Shown one piece after another: positions 10,501 through 21,965 of a stretch of 42,378 nt of DNA. The stretch covers positions 3,226,625-3,269,002 of the forward strand of contig NC_057760.1 of the NCBI RefSeq assembly GCF_004010195.1. The letters are read 5' to 3'. Below the pieces are notes generated by a model. The model ran no database searches and had not been told where the DNA came from. It saw only the letters and a list, made by a program, of their open reading frames with translations. A program made the translations under genes and the position numbers. Origin of the DNA: Chiloscyllium plagiosum (lineage: Eukaryota). Within the stretch, counting starts at the first letter, position 1, and the number at the start of each line of letters is the position of its first letter.

Positions 10501-13500
10501 TCCACAAACTGATACTTGAAACGCTGGTTCGCCGCTGAGGAATGTCTGGGCTGGCTGCACCTTTATCTGTTGGGAGCTGAGGAGAGTGAGAGTTGATCTT
10601 ATTGAAAACGATGACATTCTGAGGGCACTTAACAAAGTGTCTGCAGGAGAGATATGTTCTCCTTACGGAGAGAAGGGAACGAGGGGATACAGTTTAAAAA
10701 TAAGGGGTGCTCCATTTAAGACAGAGATGAGGGGAATGTTTCTCTGAACATCATGATTTTTTGGATCTTTCATTCTCCATGAGGCAGGGTCATTGGATAC
10801 TTTTAAAGCAGAAATCGGCAGATTCTGACTAACGCGGGTACAGCTGGGGTCGAGGAGTTGGGGTTATGATCACATCAGCCATGGACCTAATGAATGATAG
10901 AGCAGCCCAAGGATACCTGACTCCTGCTCCGAACCAGCACGTTTGTGAATAAGGAGGAACCCACTCACCACTGCCATCAAGTGACCACGAGTGGGCGGTC
11001 GGCGAGCGTGCTGGATCTTCACGCGGTCTCGTGTTGGGTGAGCGAGAAAGCTTTCCTCGTCAACAGTGACCTGGAATCAAACACGTGACAGGGTTGGGAA
11101 CTGCGCTCGGTCAGAGGCACATCGGCCGGACGTGCAGGAGTAAAGACCCACCCCCTCAACTCAACCACATTCCACCACCACCCCCCCCCACCACCACCAC
11201 TCCCTCCCCCCCCCCCACCACNNNNNNNNNNNNNNNNNNNNNNNNNNNNNNNNNNNNNNNNNNNNNNNNNNNNNNNNNNNNNNNNNNNNNNNNNNNNNNN
11301 NNNNNNNNNNNNNNNNNNNNNNNNNNNNNNNNNNNNNNNNNNNNNNNNNNNNNNNNNNNNNNNNNNNNNNNNNNNNNNNNNNNNNNNNNNNNNNNNNNNN
11401 NNNNNNNNNNNNNNNNNNNNNNNNNNNNNNNNNNNNNNNNNNNNNNNNNNNNNNNNNNNNNNNNNNNNNNNNNNNNNNNNNNNNNNNNNNNNNNNNNNNN
11501 NNNNNNNNNNNNNNNNNNNNNNNNNNNNNNNNNNNNNNNNNNNNNNNNNNNNNNNNNNNNNNNNNNNNNNNNNNNNNNNNNNNNNNNNNNNNNNNNNNNN
11601 NNNNNNNNNNNNNNNNNNNNNNNNNNNNNNNNNNNNNNNNNNNNNNNNNNNNNNNNNNNNNNNNNNNNNNNNNNNNNNNNNNNNNNNNNNNNNNNNNNNN
11701 NNNNNNNNNNNNNNNNNNNNNNNNNNNNNNNNNNNNNNNNNNNNNNNNNNNNNNNNNNNNNNNNNNNNNNNNNNNNNNNNNNNNNNNNNNNNNNNNNNNN
11801 NNNNNNNCCCCCCCATCAAACACTCCCAGGGACAGGGACAGCACAGGGTTAGATACAGAGTAAAGCTCCCTCTACACTGTCCCCCATCAAACACTCCCAG
11901 GACATAGACAGCACGGGGTTAGATACAGAGTAAAGCTCCCTCTACACTGTCCCCATCAAACATTCCCAGACTAGGGACAGCACGTGGTTAGATACAGAGT
12001 AAAGCTCCCTCTACACTGTCCCCATCAAACACTCCCAGACCAGGGACAGCACGGGGTTAGATACAGAGTAAAGCTCCCTCTACTCTGTCCCCCTCATCAA
12101 ACACTCCCAGGACGGGGACAGCACGGGGTTAGATACAGAGTAAAGCTCCCTCTACACTGTCCCCCATCACACACTCCCAGGACAGGGACAGCCCGGGGTT
12201 AGATACAGAGTAAAGCTCCCTCTACACTGTCTCCCCATTAAACCCTCCCAGGACAGGGACAGCACAGGGATATAGAATCAAGCTCTCTCTACAACATCTG
12301 TGCTCTGACACTTGAATTCATTGTCTGCTGTATCTTGTTCCTAAAGCAATGATGTGTGTCATTACCTCATCAAGGACATGATTCTTTGCTTGACTGAGCG
12401 CACTGCTCAGAACATTAATCCAGGATTCTTTCTCCTCAGGGCTCACAGCTAGGAAGACCAGGTTTGGGACCTGAAGCAGATACATATGGACATGGTTGAC
12501 TGGTAAAGAATATAAAGGTGGACAAATCTCTGGCATCTGTTCTAATGTATCCCAGAACATTGTGGGAAATAAGGCCGGACATTTTGAAACCCCTTGCAAG
12601 CAGAAATATTTGCATCATCTATAAGAATGGGTGAGGTGCCTGATGATGGGAGGGTGGCGAGTATTGTACCTTTGTTTTAAGAGAGGCTGTAAGGAGAAAC
12701 CAGGGATCTATAGACGGGTAAGCCTGGGCTCTGGTTGTGGGTACATTATTGGAGGTAATTATTAAAAGAAAGGATTTATGGAAATTTAGAGAGGCAAAAA
12801 TTGGTTAGGGATAGTCAGTAAGGTAGGAAAATCGTGTCGCACAAACTTGATTGAGTTTTCTTTTGTGGAAGGAACCCAAGGTATTGATGATGGCACTGCA
12901 GTAGATGTTGCTCATTTGGGTTTTAGTAACGCCTTTAACAAGCCTCTGCACGGTTGACTAATTAGTGACGTTAGGTCACATGGGATTCAGGGAGAGCTTG
13001 GCAATTGGACACACCATTGGCTTAATGGCCAGAGACATCGACTAATAGTGGAGGGTTGCTTTTCGGCCTGGAGGCCGATGACCACTGGTGGTCCACAGGG
13101 ATCGGTTCTGGGTCCTCTGTTTGTCATTTATATAAATGATTTGGATGAGACTTTAGAGGCATGGTTAGTATGACACCAAAATTGATGGTTTGGTATACAG
13201 TGAAGACTTTTCTAAGATTACAAAGGAATCTTGATCAAGTGGGTCAATGGGCTGGAAAATGGCAAATGGAGTTCAATCTGGATTATTGTGAGGTATTGAA
13301 TTTTGGTTAAACAAACAAGGTCAGGCTTGTAAAACTAATGGGTAGTGTTGTCGAACAGAGGGACCTGGGGTGCAGTACATCATTCTTTGAGGTTTACGTC
13401 ACATATAGAGAGGGTGGTTAAAAAGGCATTGGGCACGCTTGCCTTAATTGTTCAGTCCTTTGAGTTGGGAGGTCATGTTGTGGTTGTACAGGTCATTGGT

Positions 13501-14837
13501 GAGGCCTCTTCTGGAATACTGTGTCCAGTTCTGGTCACCCTGTTACAGGAAGGATGTTACTAAGCTGGAGAGGGCTCAGAGGAGATTTACCAGGATGTTG
13601 CCGGGCATGGAAGGCTGGATAGGCTGGGACCGTTTTCCATTGGAGCGAAGGAGATTGAGGGGCGACCCTGATAGAAGTTTATAAAATAATGAAAGGTATA
13701 GATAATGTTAATGGTAGTTGTCGTTTCCCTCGGATGGGGGATTTCAAGGCTGGGGGGCACATTTTAAGGTAAGAGGAGGGAGGTTTTAAAAAAGCCATGA
13801 GGGGCAAACGTTTTACACAGAGGGTGGTTCGTGTGTGGAAGAACTTCCTGAGGAAGTGGTGGGTGCGGGTACAATAACAATGTTTAAAAGACACTTGGAT
13901 AGATACATGTTTGGGAAAGGTTTGGAGGGATATGAAATTGATACCAAATATAACTCCATAATATTCCATAGTTATTTATTCATGATACATGTAAACTGAA
14001 ATGTAAATGCAGTACTTTGGGACAAGAAGAATTTATATAGAATCTTCCATAATTTCAAGATATTCCAACAAAATATACAGCCAATGTGAAGTAAATTTAA
14101 AATGCAGTCACTGCTGTAATATTTTGTAATTTGTGCACAACAAGATCTGAAATACAGCCACCGAACAATACATTGCGTGTTGCTGAAAAAAAGACACATT
14201 TTAAAGACAGTTCTCTCGCAGGATAATTTGCAAGTTTACCAATTCAGGGGCTCAACAACATTTATTCTGCATGAGAGTACAGGTTGGTTAGAAACTGGAT
14301 CGGGCAGCAGAGATGTTGCCATGAGGAATGCACCATTTAATGATGAGTGACAGTTAAATCCAGGCTTTATTTAAATCTTAAACCAGGCAGGTAAGAGTAT
14401 TAATGAGCCATAAATAACTGCCACCTATCTTGTTGAGTTGAAATAATCCTGGGTGTGCAAAGAATTACACAGACAACCAGCTTCAGAATGCCAGTCGGGC
14501 TAACAGTGCGGTGCAGTGGCATGTATGGGGAGCTCTGCGGATTAATTAACAGGACAGGGCTCTTTACAGACAGAAAGAACATCTCGCTCTCCATAGCCTC
14601 AGTGCAGGGGCTGCCGGGAAAGCAGTATGCTGAGTGGTTTCGAGGGGAGCAGATCGCAAACATCAGACAGCAGTGTGTAGACAAAGAGAGGCTCACCGTG
14701 TTACCAGGCTGTTCACTCCGCAGCAACATGAATTTGCTGTGATTCTTCTTGCTTCGGCTTTTAGGTTTGCGCAATTCTTCACATTTCTCGTAGTCCGTCA
14801 AGTCAAACTTGTCTAGCACCACCTTCTCATCTTTAAC
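3794..14837 (-). CDS. PLEKHO1: Pleckstrin homology domain-containing family O member 1 (CKIP-1), 5'-partial; join of minus-strand exons 14837-14697, 12470-12366, 11070-10969, 4519-3794
   Basis: Spliced product VKDEK...[22 protein letters not shown]...[18 protein letters not shown]...[45 protein letters not shown]...[18 protein letters not shown]...YRGSLM* matches CKIP-1; all introns are phase-0 GT-AG. Confidence 0.95.
4617..4780. mobile_element. Short palindromic Penelope-like element (inverted pseudo-LTR) with a flanking direct repeat
   Basis: Arms 4617-4687 and 4707-4775 differ by one mismatch and a 2-nt indel; tgtcagtgaaattgtt duplicated at 4604-4619 and 4778-4793. Confidence 0.8.
4669..4703 (-). 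ncRNA. Minimal type I hammerhead ribozyme motif (PLE-type)
   Basis: Minus strand CAC-CUGAUGA-A-GGAGC-GUC-GCUCU-GAAA-GC-UA^GUG: core boxes, stem II, palindromic AGCU stem III, CAC/GUG stem I. Confidence 0.7.
5120..5495 (+). mobile_element. Second tRNA-headed SINE-like shark repeat (partial copies also at ~33500-33600 and ~34985-35160)
   Basis: B-box-like ggtttgaatccc; body ...ggaagg...ttacctggt... shared with 34990-35050; A-rich tail. Confidence 0.6.
6548..6586 (+). repeat. (TGTAACG)5.5 perfect heptanucleotide repeat
   Basis: Direct inspection. Confidence 0.95.
6675..6888. mobile_element. Diverged palindromic Penelope-like element (same family as 4617)
   Basis: tagtccaacaggtttatttgaa...aagc arm versus gctt...ttcaaacaaacctgttgggacta arm. 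Confidence 0.7.
7350..8690 (-). mobile_element. Decayed CR1-clade LINE 3' fragment (RT/tail) with a nested Penelope-derived insert at ~8400-8521
   Basis: Reverse complement of CR1 ORF2 motifs (AFDKVPH, QGSVL) and the tail ggggagcaggctcaaagggctgagtggcctcctgctactcc. Confidence 0.75.
8403..8437 (+). ncRNA. Minimal type I hammerhead ribozyme motif in a short Penelope-derived insert (~8400-8521)
   Basis: CUGAUGA(8407-8413)-A-GGGC-UUUU-GCCC-GAAAC-GUC^GAU. Confidence 0.7.
9020..10932 (+). mobile_element. Decayed CR1-clade LINE with a nested SINE (9290-9462) and a nested antisense CR1 3' end (~9598-9984)
   Basis: [16 protein letters not shown] and FADD remnants; tail tgactcctgctcc. Confidence 0.75.
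9290..9462 (-). mobile_element. Third tRNA-derived SINE-like repeat (related plus-strand copy at ~25920-26090)
   Basis: Minus strand ttagttcagttggctagatggctggtttg...gggttcaat resembles tagctcc...ggatggctggtttg...gggttcaattcc at 25920. Confidence 0.55.
10969..11070 (-). CDS. PLEKHO1: PLEKHO1 exon ([34 protein letters not shown])
   Basis: ttccag| acceptor, |gtgagt donor; 102 bp; translated by hand. Confidence 0.95.
11222..11808. other. Assembly gap between a C-rich tract and the 70-bp repeat
   Basis: N run. Confidence 0.98.
11809..12275 (+). repeat. ~70-bp tandem repeat (CCCCCATCAAACACTCCCAGGACAGGGACAGCACGGGGTTAGATACAGAGTAAAGCTCCCTCTACACTGT)
   Basis: gatacagagtaaagctccc recurs at 11852, 11922, 11991, 12060, 12132, 12202. 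Confidence 0.95.
12366..12470 (-). CDS. PLEKHO1: PLEKHO1 exon, PH domain C-terminal helix ([35 protein letters not shown])
   Basis: cttcag| acceptor, |gtaatg donor; 105 bp. Confidence 0.95.
12625..13935 (+). mobile_element. CR1/HER1-like LINE ORF2 fragment
   Basis: [47 protein letters not shown]. Confidence 0.9.
14697..14837 (-). CDS. PLEKHO1: PLEKHO1 exon, PH domain middle ([47 protein letters not shown])
   Basis: ttcacag| acceptor, |gtgagc donor; 141 bp. Confidence 0.94.
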
Positions 14838-15348
14838 CTGTGAAGTGTAACAGCCAGGATGTATTGAAGGGCCCGCTGAGAACTAAACCAGGGATATACC
14901 CTGTTTCACCCATCCCTCAGCACTTTCTCACCATCAGCCTGAAACCAAAGATACAAAGGTGCTCAGAAGTTGCTGTCTCTCCTCAGCCTTGGTCCCGGAC
15001 ACTGACTGTAAGGCTTCCCAAACGGTGCGAGGTTAATATTTGGAGACAGCATAAGAAGACAAGGGTGTAAAGACCGAAAGCAGTACAACAACCATAGGCC
15101 ATTGTCACCTGGTTCTGACCCTCAAAACCTGCAAAGGCTGAACAACCGCACAGCACTGGAACGTATTCTGAAAATTAGACCCACAAAAAGGGTCAGATCC
15201 TTCATGCTGCTCACACTATAACATCAAACATTCACTCTCAGGCATTCTCTTCCATTATCCTGCCTCACTGGGGACCATCTGTGTATCTCGAGTGATCATC
15301 CCTGGCCTCAAGACAGACTATTTGACTTAAAGGGTAGTCAAAGCAAAA

Positions 15349-15603
15349 CCACACACACACACACGCACACACACACAGACACACAGACTCAGACACATAG
15401 ACATACACACACAGGCAGACAGACACACACAGACAGACAGACACACACACACACACAGATACGCACACACACACAGACAAGCACACACACACAGACACAC
15501 AGACTCAGACACATAGACACACACACACAGAACAGACAGACACACACACCCCACACACACACACATTCACACACAGACAGACACACACACACACACACAC
15601 ACT
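15349..15603 (+). repeat. Compound (CA)n/(CAGA)n microsatellite
   Basis: Direct inspection. Confidence 0.95.
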
Positions 15604-15844
15604 CCAAAATCGTTACAGGATGGTGATCAGGAATGGAAACTTGATGACTGGTCCTGGTTGAATGCTGCCAGCCTGTAGTCAGAACTAAGCTAACTTAAGA
15701 ATGCCACGTGGTCTGACTGAAGACCTACGTTTATGACACACTGTGGACAGCCACCCGACCTCTCAGAAATGGCACCAGATTGTGGTGACTGTTGGAGCTT
15801 GTCACTGTGTTTTACCGTATTATTCACTGTTAAATACAAGAGAC

Positions 15845-15871
15845 AATAAATAAATAAATAAATAAATAAAT
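15845..15871 (+). repeat. (AAAT)n microsatellite
   Basis: Direct inspection. Confidence 0.9.
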
Positions 15872-16136
15872 CAAGCATTCATTAATTCTGTCTCGCACCA
15901 AAATTCAATTATCGGAATTAATAAGGTCAAAGGCTCACACCGCCAGCCTAGTTGTGAACATTAGTTCGAACCCCCCAATCCACTCATTATCACAGAGTCT
16001 GCCTCAGGAGATAAAACCGTTCTTTTTTCCAGAACACCACAACATCTTGGGGAATTACTCACTTTGAAAACTCAAGCCTGTTCCGGAAGTTAATAATTGG
16101 GAAAATGAAGGGAAATGAGGAGACATTCTGGGATTC

Positions 16137-16900
16137 TAGAACATAAAACAGTACAGCACAGTACAGGCCCTTCGGCCCTCAATGTTGTGCCCACCTTTTA
16201 TCCTTCTCTAAGATCAAACTAACCTACATATCCTTCATTTTACTATCTTCCATGTGTCTATCCAAGAGTCACTTAATTGTTCCTAAAGTGTCTGACTCTA
16301 CTGCCACCGCTGGCAGTGCATTCCACTAGTCTGTATGTAAACAGCCTTTCACCCTGTAATCTGCATTCAAATTTACCTTCCAACCTGAATCACTTCACAC
16401 TTTTCCAGGTTGAACTCCATCTGCCACTGCTCAGCCCAGCTCTGCATCCTGTCAGTGTCCCATTACAACCTCCACACGAGCCACAACTCCACCAAACTTT
16501 GTGCCATCGACAAACTTGCTATCCCACCCTTCCACTTCCTCATCCATAAAAATCACAAAGAGCAGAGCTCCCAGAGCTGATCCCTGCTGAACACCACTGG
16601 TCACCAAGCTCCGGATTGAGTACCTTTCATCTACTACCACCCTCTGTCTTCTATGGGTCAGGCAATTCTGTATCCAGACACCCTGTATCCCTTGGCTCCT
16701 TACCTTCTGAATGAGACTACTGTGGGGAACCTTATCAAATGCCTTGCTAAAATCCATGTACACCACATCCACCGCTCTACCTTCATCAAAGTATTTTGTC
16801 ACATTCCCCCAAGAATTCAGTGCGGTCTGTGAGGTATGGCCTATCCCTCACAAAGCCACGCTGACTACCTCGAATCAAACTATGGTTTTCCAAGTAATCA
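16137..16900 (-). mobile_element. CR1/HER1-like LINE 3' fragment (internally deleted)
   Basis: [25 protein letters not shown]...QGSALGALLFVIF; tail ...ctgtactgtgctgtactgttttatgttctag. Confidence 0.9.
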
Positions 16901-17329
16901 ACTCTCTACCTGGTTAAAGTGAAATCCAGCTTTATTTTGAATTAAGTAAAAAAAAAACACAGGGAATGAAATATGTTTTTAAAAGTTGATGCATTCTGCC
17001 AGCTGGTCACTGCCACATTCCCATGTCCCGCTCATTAACAAAGTGCTTATATCTGTCAGCCCCCTGGGTCAAACAAGCTGTGACTCTAAATAAATGTTAC
17101 ATGGCACGGAAATAGAGTGCATTCGGGGAAATCAAGTAACCAATCTCCAGGCAACATCATCAATGACCTTGAAACAATATTAACATTGACCATCTGAGAA
17201 CAGTGAAGTGCCCATGTCAGAGTCCATGTCCCTGGTCACTCTCCACAGTCAATCACTGAGCATGAGGGGTTTAATTAGGCTAGAACTGGAGCCCGAGTGA
17301 AGAGAACCCCTCCCCCACACCCGTCAACT

Positions 17330-18967
17330 TAGGAGGGCCAGAAGGGGGCATGAGAAAGCTTTAATGGGAGGGTCAAGGGAAACCCTTACCCTGGGTGAGG
17401 AACACGTGGGGGTAGGGCCGATCGAACTTGCCCCGGAGTGAGAGGAAGTAGGGGAGGTCCTTAATGAATACTTTGCTTCAGTACTCACTGGTGAGAGGGA
17501 CCGTGTTTGTGAGGACAGCATGAGACAGGCTGATATGCTCAAACAGGCTGATGTTAGGAAGGTGCTGAAAAATGTTGAAAAAGATAAGGATGGATAAATC
17601 CCCTGGGCCAGACAGGATATACCCTCGGTTTCTGCAGGAAGTGAGGGAAGAGATTGCTGCACCTTTAACAGTGATTTTTGTGCCCTCATTGTCCAATGGA
17701 GTAGTGCCAGATGATTGGAGAGTGGCAAATGTTATACCCTTGTTCAAGAATGGGAATAGGGATAATCCTGAGAGTTACAGACCACTCAGTGGTGTGCAAA
17801 GTATTGGAGAGGACTCTGAGAGACAGGACTTATGATTACTTGGAAAACCACAGTTTTATTCAAGATGGTCAGCATGGCTTCATGAGGAGCAGGCCATGCC
17901 TCACAAACCTTATTGGATTCTTTGAGGATGTTGATGAAGGTAGAGCAGTGGATGTGGTGTACATGGAGTTTAGTAAGACATTTGATAAGGTTCCCCACAG
18001 TAGTCTCATTCAGAAGGTAACGAGGCATGGGATACAGGGAAATCTCTCTGTCTGGATATATAATTGCCTGACCCATAGAAGACAGAGGGTGGTGGTAGTT
18101 GGAAAGTATTCAATCTGGAGCTTGGTGACCAATGGTGTTCAGCATTGGGATCGGCTCCGGGAGCTCTGCACTTTGTGATTTTTGTAAATGACTTGTATGA
18201 GAAAATGGAGGGGTAGTCTAGTAAGTTTGCCGATGACATGAAGGTTGGTGGAGTGGTGGATAGTGTGGAGGGCTGTTGTAGGTTGCAGTGGGACATTGAC
18301 AGGATGCAGAACTGGGCTGAGAAGTAGCAGATGGAGTTTAACCTGGAAAAGTGTGAAGTTGTTCACTTTGTAAGGTCGAATTTGAATGCAGAATAGATGG
18401 TTAAAGGCAGAAACGCTGCAGCTCTATACAGTTAGACCACACTCGGAATACGGTGTTCAGTTCTGGTCACCTCATTATAGGAAGGATGTGGAAGCTTTAG
18501 AGAGGGTACAGAGAAGATTTACCAAGATGCTGCCTGGGCTGGAGGGTGTGTCTTATGAAGAAAGATTGAGAGAGCTAGGGCTTTTGTCATTGGACTGAGG
18601 ATAATTAAGAGGTGATTTGATAGAGATGTACAAGATGTTGAGGCAAAGATAGAGGAGATAGAGACTTTTTTCCCATGGCGGAAATGTCTATCATAAAGGG
18701 GCATAATTTTAAGGTAATTGAGGAAGGTTTAGGGGAGATGTCAGAGGTGGGTTCTTTACTCAGAGAGTGATGGGTGTGTGGAATGCACTGCCAGCAGGGT
18801 AATAAAGTCAGATACGTTAGGGACATTTAAGCCACTCTTGGATAGGCACTTGGAAGATAGTACAATGATGGGTATGTAGGTTAGTCTGATCTTAGAGTAG
18901 GATAGAAGGCTGGCACAACATCGAGGGCTGAAGGGTCTGTACTGTGCTGTACTGTTCTATGTTCTAG
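17330..18967 (+). mobile_element. CR1/HER1-like LINE ORF2-to-3' end fragment
   Basis: [51 protein letters not shown]; tail ctgtactgtgctgtactgttctatgttctag. Confidence 0.92.
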
Positions 18968-19164
18968 CTCTACACTTCTCTTTCTGCTGCTCTGCATCCC
19001 CCTCTCTTTCAGACAAGTCCCACCTCTCTACCAACAGCTCTCCTCATTTTCCTCCTGGCCAATTCCCCACGGAGAGCTCTCTCACGGTCAATCAGCAATT
19101 CTCCACCTCTGCCGACTGACAGCTCACTCACTCTCTACCAACAGCTTCCTTGCTCTTGGTCCCT

Positions 19165-19770
19165 CTAGCCAGCTGTCCCTCTCTCTCTCTCTGTGGCCAA
19201 ACAGCTGTCCCTCTCTCTCTGTGGACAAACAGCTGTAATCAGCAATTCTCCACCTCTGCCGACTGACAGCTCACTCACTCTCGACCAACAGCTTCCTTGC
19301 TCTTGGTCCCTCGAGCCAGCTCTCCCTCTCTCTCTCTCTGCGGCCAAACAGCTGTCCCTCTCTCTCTCTCTGTGGAAAAACAGCTGTCCCTCTCTCTCTC
19401 TCTGTGGACAAACAGCTGTCCCTCCCTCTCTCTCTCTCTGTGCACAAACAGCTGTCCCTCTCTCTCTCTCTGGACAAACAGCTGTCCCTCTCTCTCCCTC
19501 TCTGTCTCTGTGGACAAACAGCTGTCCCTCTCTCTCTCTGTGGCCAAACAGCTGTCCCTCTCTCTCTCTCTCTCTGTGGCCAAACAGCTGTCCCCCTCTC
19601 TCTGTGGCCAAACAGCTGTCCCTCTCTCTCTCTCTCTCTGTGGCCAAACAGCTGTCCCTCTCTCTCTCTCTGTGGCCAAACAGCTGTCCCTCCCTCTCTC
19701 TGGCCAAACAGCTGTCCCTCTCTCTCTCTCTGTGGCCAAACAGCTGTCCCTCTCTCTCTCTCTGGACAGC
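19165..19770 (+). repeat. Minisatellite GTGG(C/A)CAAACAGCTGTCC(CT)n, ~28-36 bp units, inside a pyrimidine-rich degenerate zone (~19000-20330)
   Basis: 16 CAGCTG-bearing units; an ~85-bp block is duplicated at 19090 and 19237. Confidence 0.93.
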
Positions 19771-20411
19771 GCCATTTTCTACTGGACACTCTCCCTAATG
19801 AGAGCTCTTCCTCAACTGTATGAAAACTCGTCTCCTCTATACCATTGTCTCTCTACCAACAGCTGTCCCCTTCTCTACTGGCTGTTGTCCCGCTCTCTAC
19901 TGACAGCACTCCCTCAACACTGCTGTACCAAACGCTCTTTCCTTTTCACTGACAGCACTCCCTCTCTCGGCCAACAACTATCCCTCTCTACTGACAATTC
20001 TTTTTCTCTCTACCAACAGCTTTCCCTTCCCTCTGCAGCAGCTCATCTATTCCCTCTCTTTACAGAAAGATTGCCCTCTCGCAATTGCTCCTTCCTTTTC
20101 CAATATCTCCCTCTCCGTCTACCAATAGCTATCCCTCTCTCAACTGACAGGTCCCCTTCCCTCTCTTCCCCTCAGCTGCTCCCTCACTGTCCTGGCTCCG
20201 CATCCTCACTGACAGCTCTCTCTCTCATTCTAACAACAGCTCCCTCCTCTTCCAGCCACTCCCTCTCTCTGACAGCACTCCCTCCCTAACAACTGCTTCC
20301 CTTCTCTATCTATGTCTCCCCATCTTTCTCCCAATATGCCACCCCTCTCCTGATGTCACCACCCTCTTACCCAAACACCAACATTCCTTCTAGACTGCGT
20401 GTATTTTCAAA

Positions 20412-20730
20412 ATGTCTTTGACTATTGGTAAGACGTTTCTGGGAGTAGAAATTATCACAGGAGATTATTTGAAATCTTTGACTAAGGCTACTCAGAGTTA
20501 GCAGATAAATTTAAGGCACACAAGATCTTGTAAGGATAAGATATTTAATTATGCAGCATTTAGACTTATAAACACGGAGACCTCAGATTGAAATATCGCC
20601 ATGAGAATTAGCTAGAATTCAGTTAGAAATGAATAAAAAGCTTGAATTTGAGAAGAAAGCTTAAATTGTAAAGTGAGAGAAAGATAAACAACGAGTAATG
20701 AAAAGGGAAATGGAATTAAAGCTTTCATCT
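20412..20730 (+). mobile_element. Possible decayed Gypsy-type gag N-terminal relic
   Basis: MSLTIGKTFLGVEIITGDYLKSLTKA then, after frameshifts, the coiled-coil ELARIQLEMNKKLEFEKKA*...KREMELKL; assigned from recalled similarity only. Confidence 0.4.
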
Positions 20731-20940
20731 CCAAAGGGACAGAGAAAACATCACAGACTCAGATAACGTGGACCTTGGAAGCCAGCGCAGTGGTAGCAAG
20801 AAATGAAGGAAACGTAAGGATGGGGGATCTAGGCAGCTATCAGTAGCAGCAGAATTATACTCAAACACAACCTGCAATGTTGCAGTCACCATTCTACCAT
20901 TACCATCAAAGCCGGAGAGCAGCTTGGTTCAGTGAGAGGA

Positions 20941-21251
20941 TTAGATTAGATTCCCTACAGTGTGGAAACAGGCCCTTCGGCCCAACCAGTCCACACTGAC
21001 CCTCTGAAGAGTAATCCACATCAGACCCATTTCCCTCTGACTTATGCACCTAACACTACGGGCAATTTAGCATGGCCAATCCATCTGACCTGCACATCTT
21101 TGTGACTGTGGGAGGAAACCGGAGCACCCGGAGGAAACCCACACAGACACGGGGAGAATGTGCAAACTCCACACAGACAGTCGCCCGAGGCTGGAATCGA
21201 ACCTGGGATCCTGATGCTGTGAGGCAGCAGTGCTAACCATTGTGCCACCGT
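20941..21251 (-). mobile_element. HE1-like SINE, full length
   Basis: Same body; A/B boxes; (aatct)n tail. Confidence 0.9.
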
Positions 21252-21557
21252 GATGTGCAGGAGACCATGCCAAGAGCAGCACCAGGCACTCCCTAAAAGT
21301 GAGGCCAACCTGGTAAAGCTACAAAACAGGACTGCTTTCTTGCCAAACAGCAGAAGAAACAAATATAGAGAGGACTAAGCAAGTCCATAAGCGATGGATC
21401 AGATCTAAGCTCTGCAATCCTACCACATCCAGTCAGGAATGGTGAGGGATAATTAAATAACTCCTTGGAGGAGGAGCCTCTGAGTGTGGAAGCCCAGAAT
21501 ATTTGTGCAAAAGATAAGGTTGAAGCATTTGTCACAGAAGTGCCAAACAGATGATCA

Positions 21558-21965
21558 ATTAGATTCCCTACAGTGTAGAAACAGGCCCTTCGGCCCAACC
21601 AGTCCACAACGACCCACCGAAGAGTAGCCCACCCAGACCCATTCCCCTACATTTACCCCTTCACCTAACACTACGGGCAATTTAGCCTGGGTCAATTCAC
21701 CTAACCCACACATCTTTGGACTGTGGGAGGAAACCCACACCGACACGGGGAGAATGTGAAAACTCCGCACAGACACCAAAAGAGAAAATGCTGGAAAATC
21801 TCAGCAGGTCTGGCAGCATCTGTAACGAGAGAAAAGAGCTGACGTTTCGAGTCTAACTCACCCTTTGTCAAAGGGTCACACAGATAGTCACCTGAGGCAG
21901 GAATTGAACCCAGGTCTCTGGTGCTGTGAGGCAGCAGTGCTAACCACTGAGCTCCCGTGCCACCC
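21558..21965 (-). mobile_element. HE1-like SINE interrupted by a short Penelope-derived insert (~21777-21876)
   Basis: SINE halves flank the insert at cacagaca/cacagata. Confidence 0.85.

Noticed and set aside
12471..12599. In-frame upstream extension of a PLEKHO1 exon with ATGs (likewise 4520-4567)
   Set aside because: Intronic read-through past a good acceptor; no homology.
12638..12660. CTGATGA motif in CR1 sequence
   Set aside because: No stem II or GAAA box follows; it is part of the VPDD codons.
15990..16050. Minus-strand WKKERFYLLRQ resembling a PH-domain beta-2 strand (candidate PLEKHO1 exon 2)
   Set aside because: In-frame stops on both sides, no suitable splice sites and no GW.RKFCGKG motif.
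19165..20289. 140-330 aa ORFs on both strands
   Set aside because: Low-complexity translations of the CT/E-box minisatellite; no domain or splice support.
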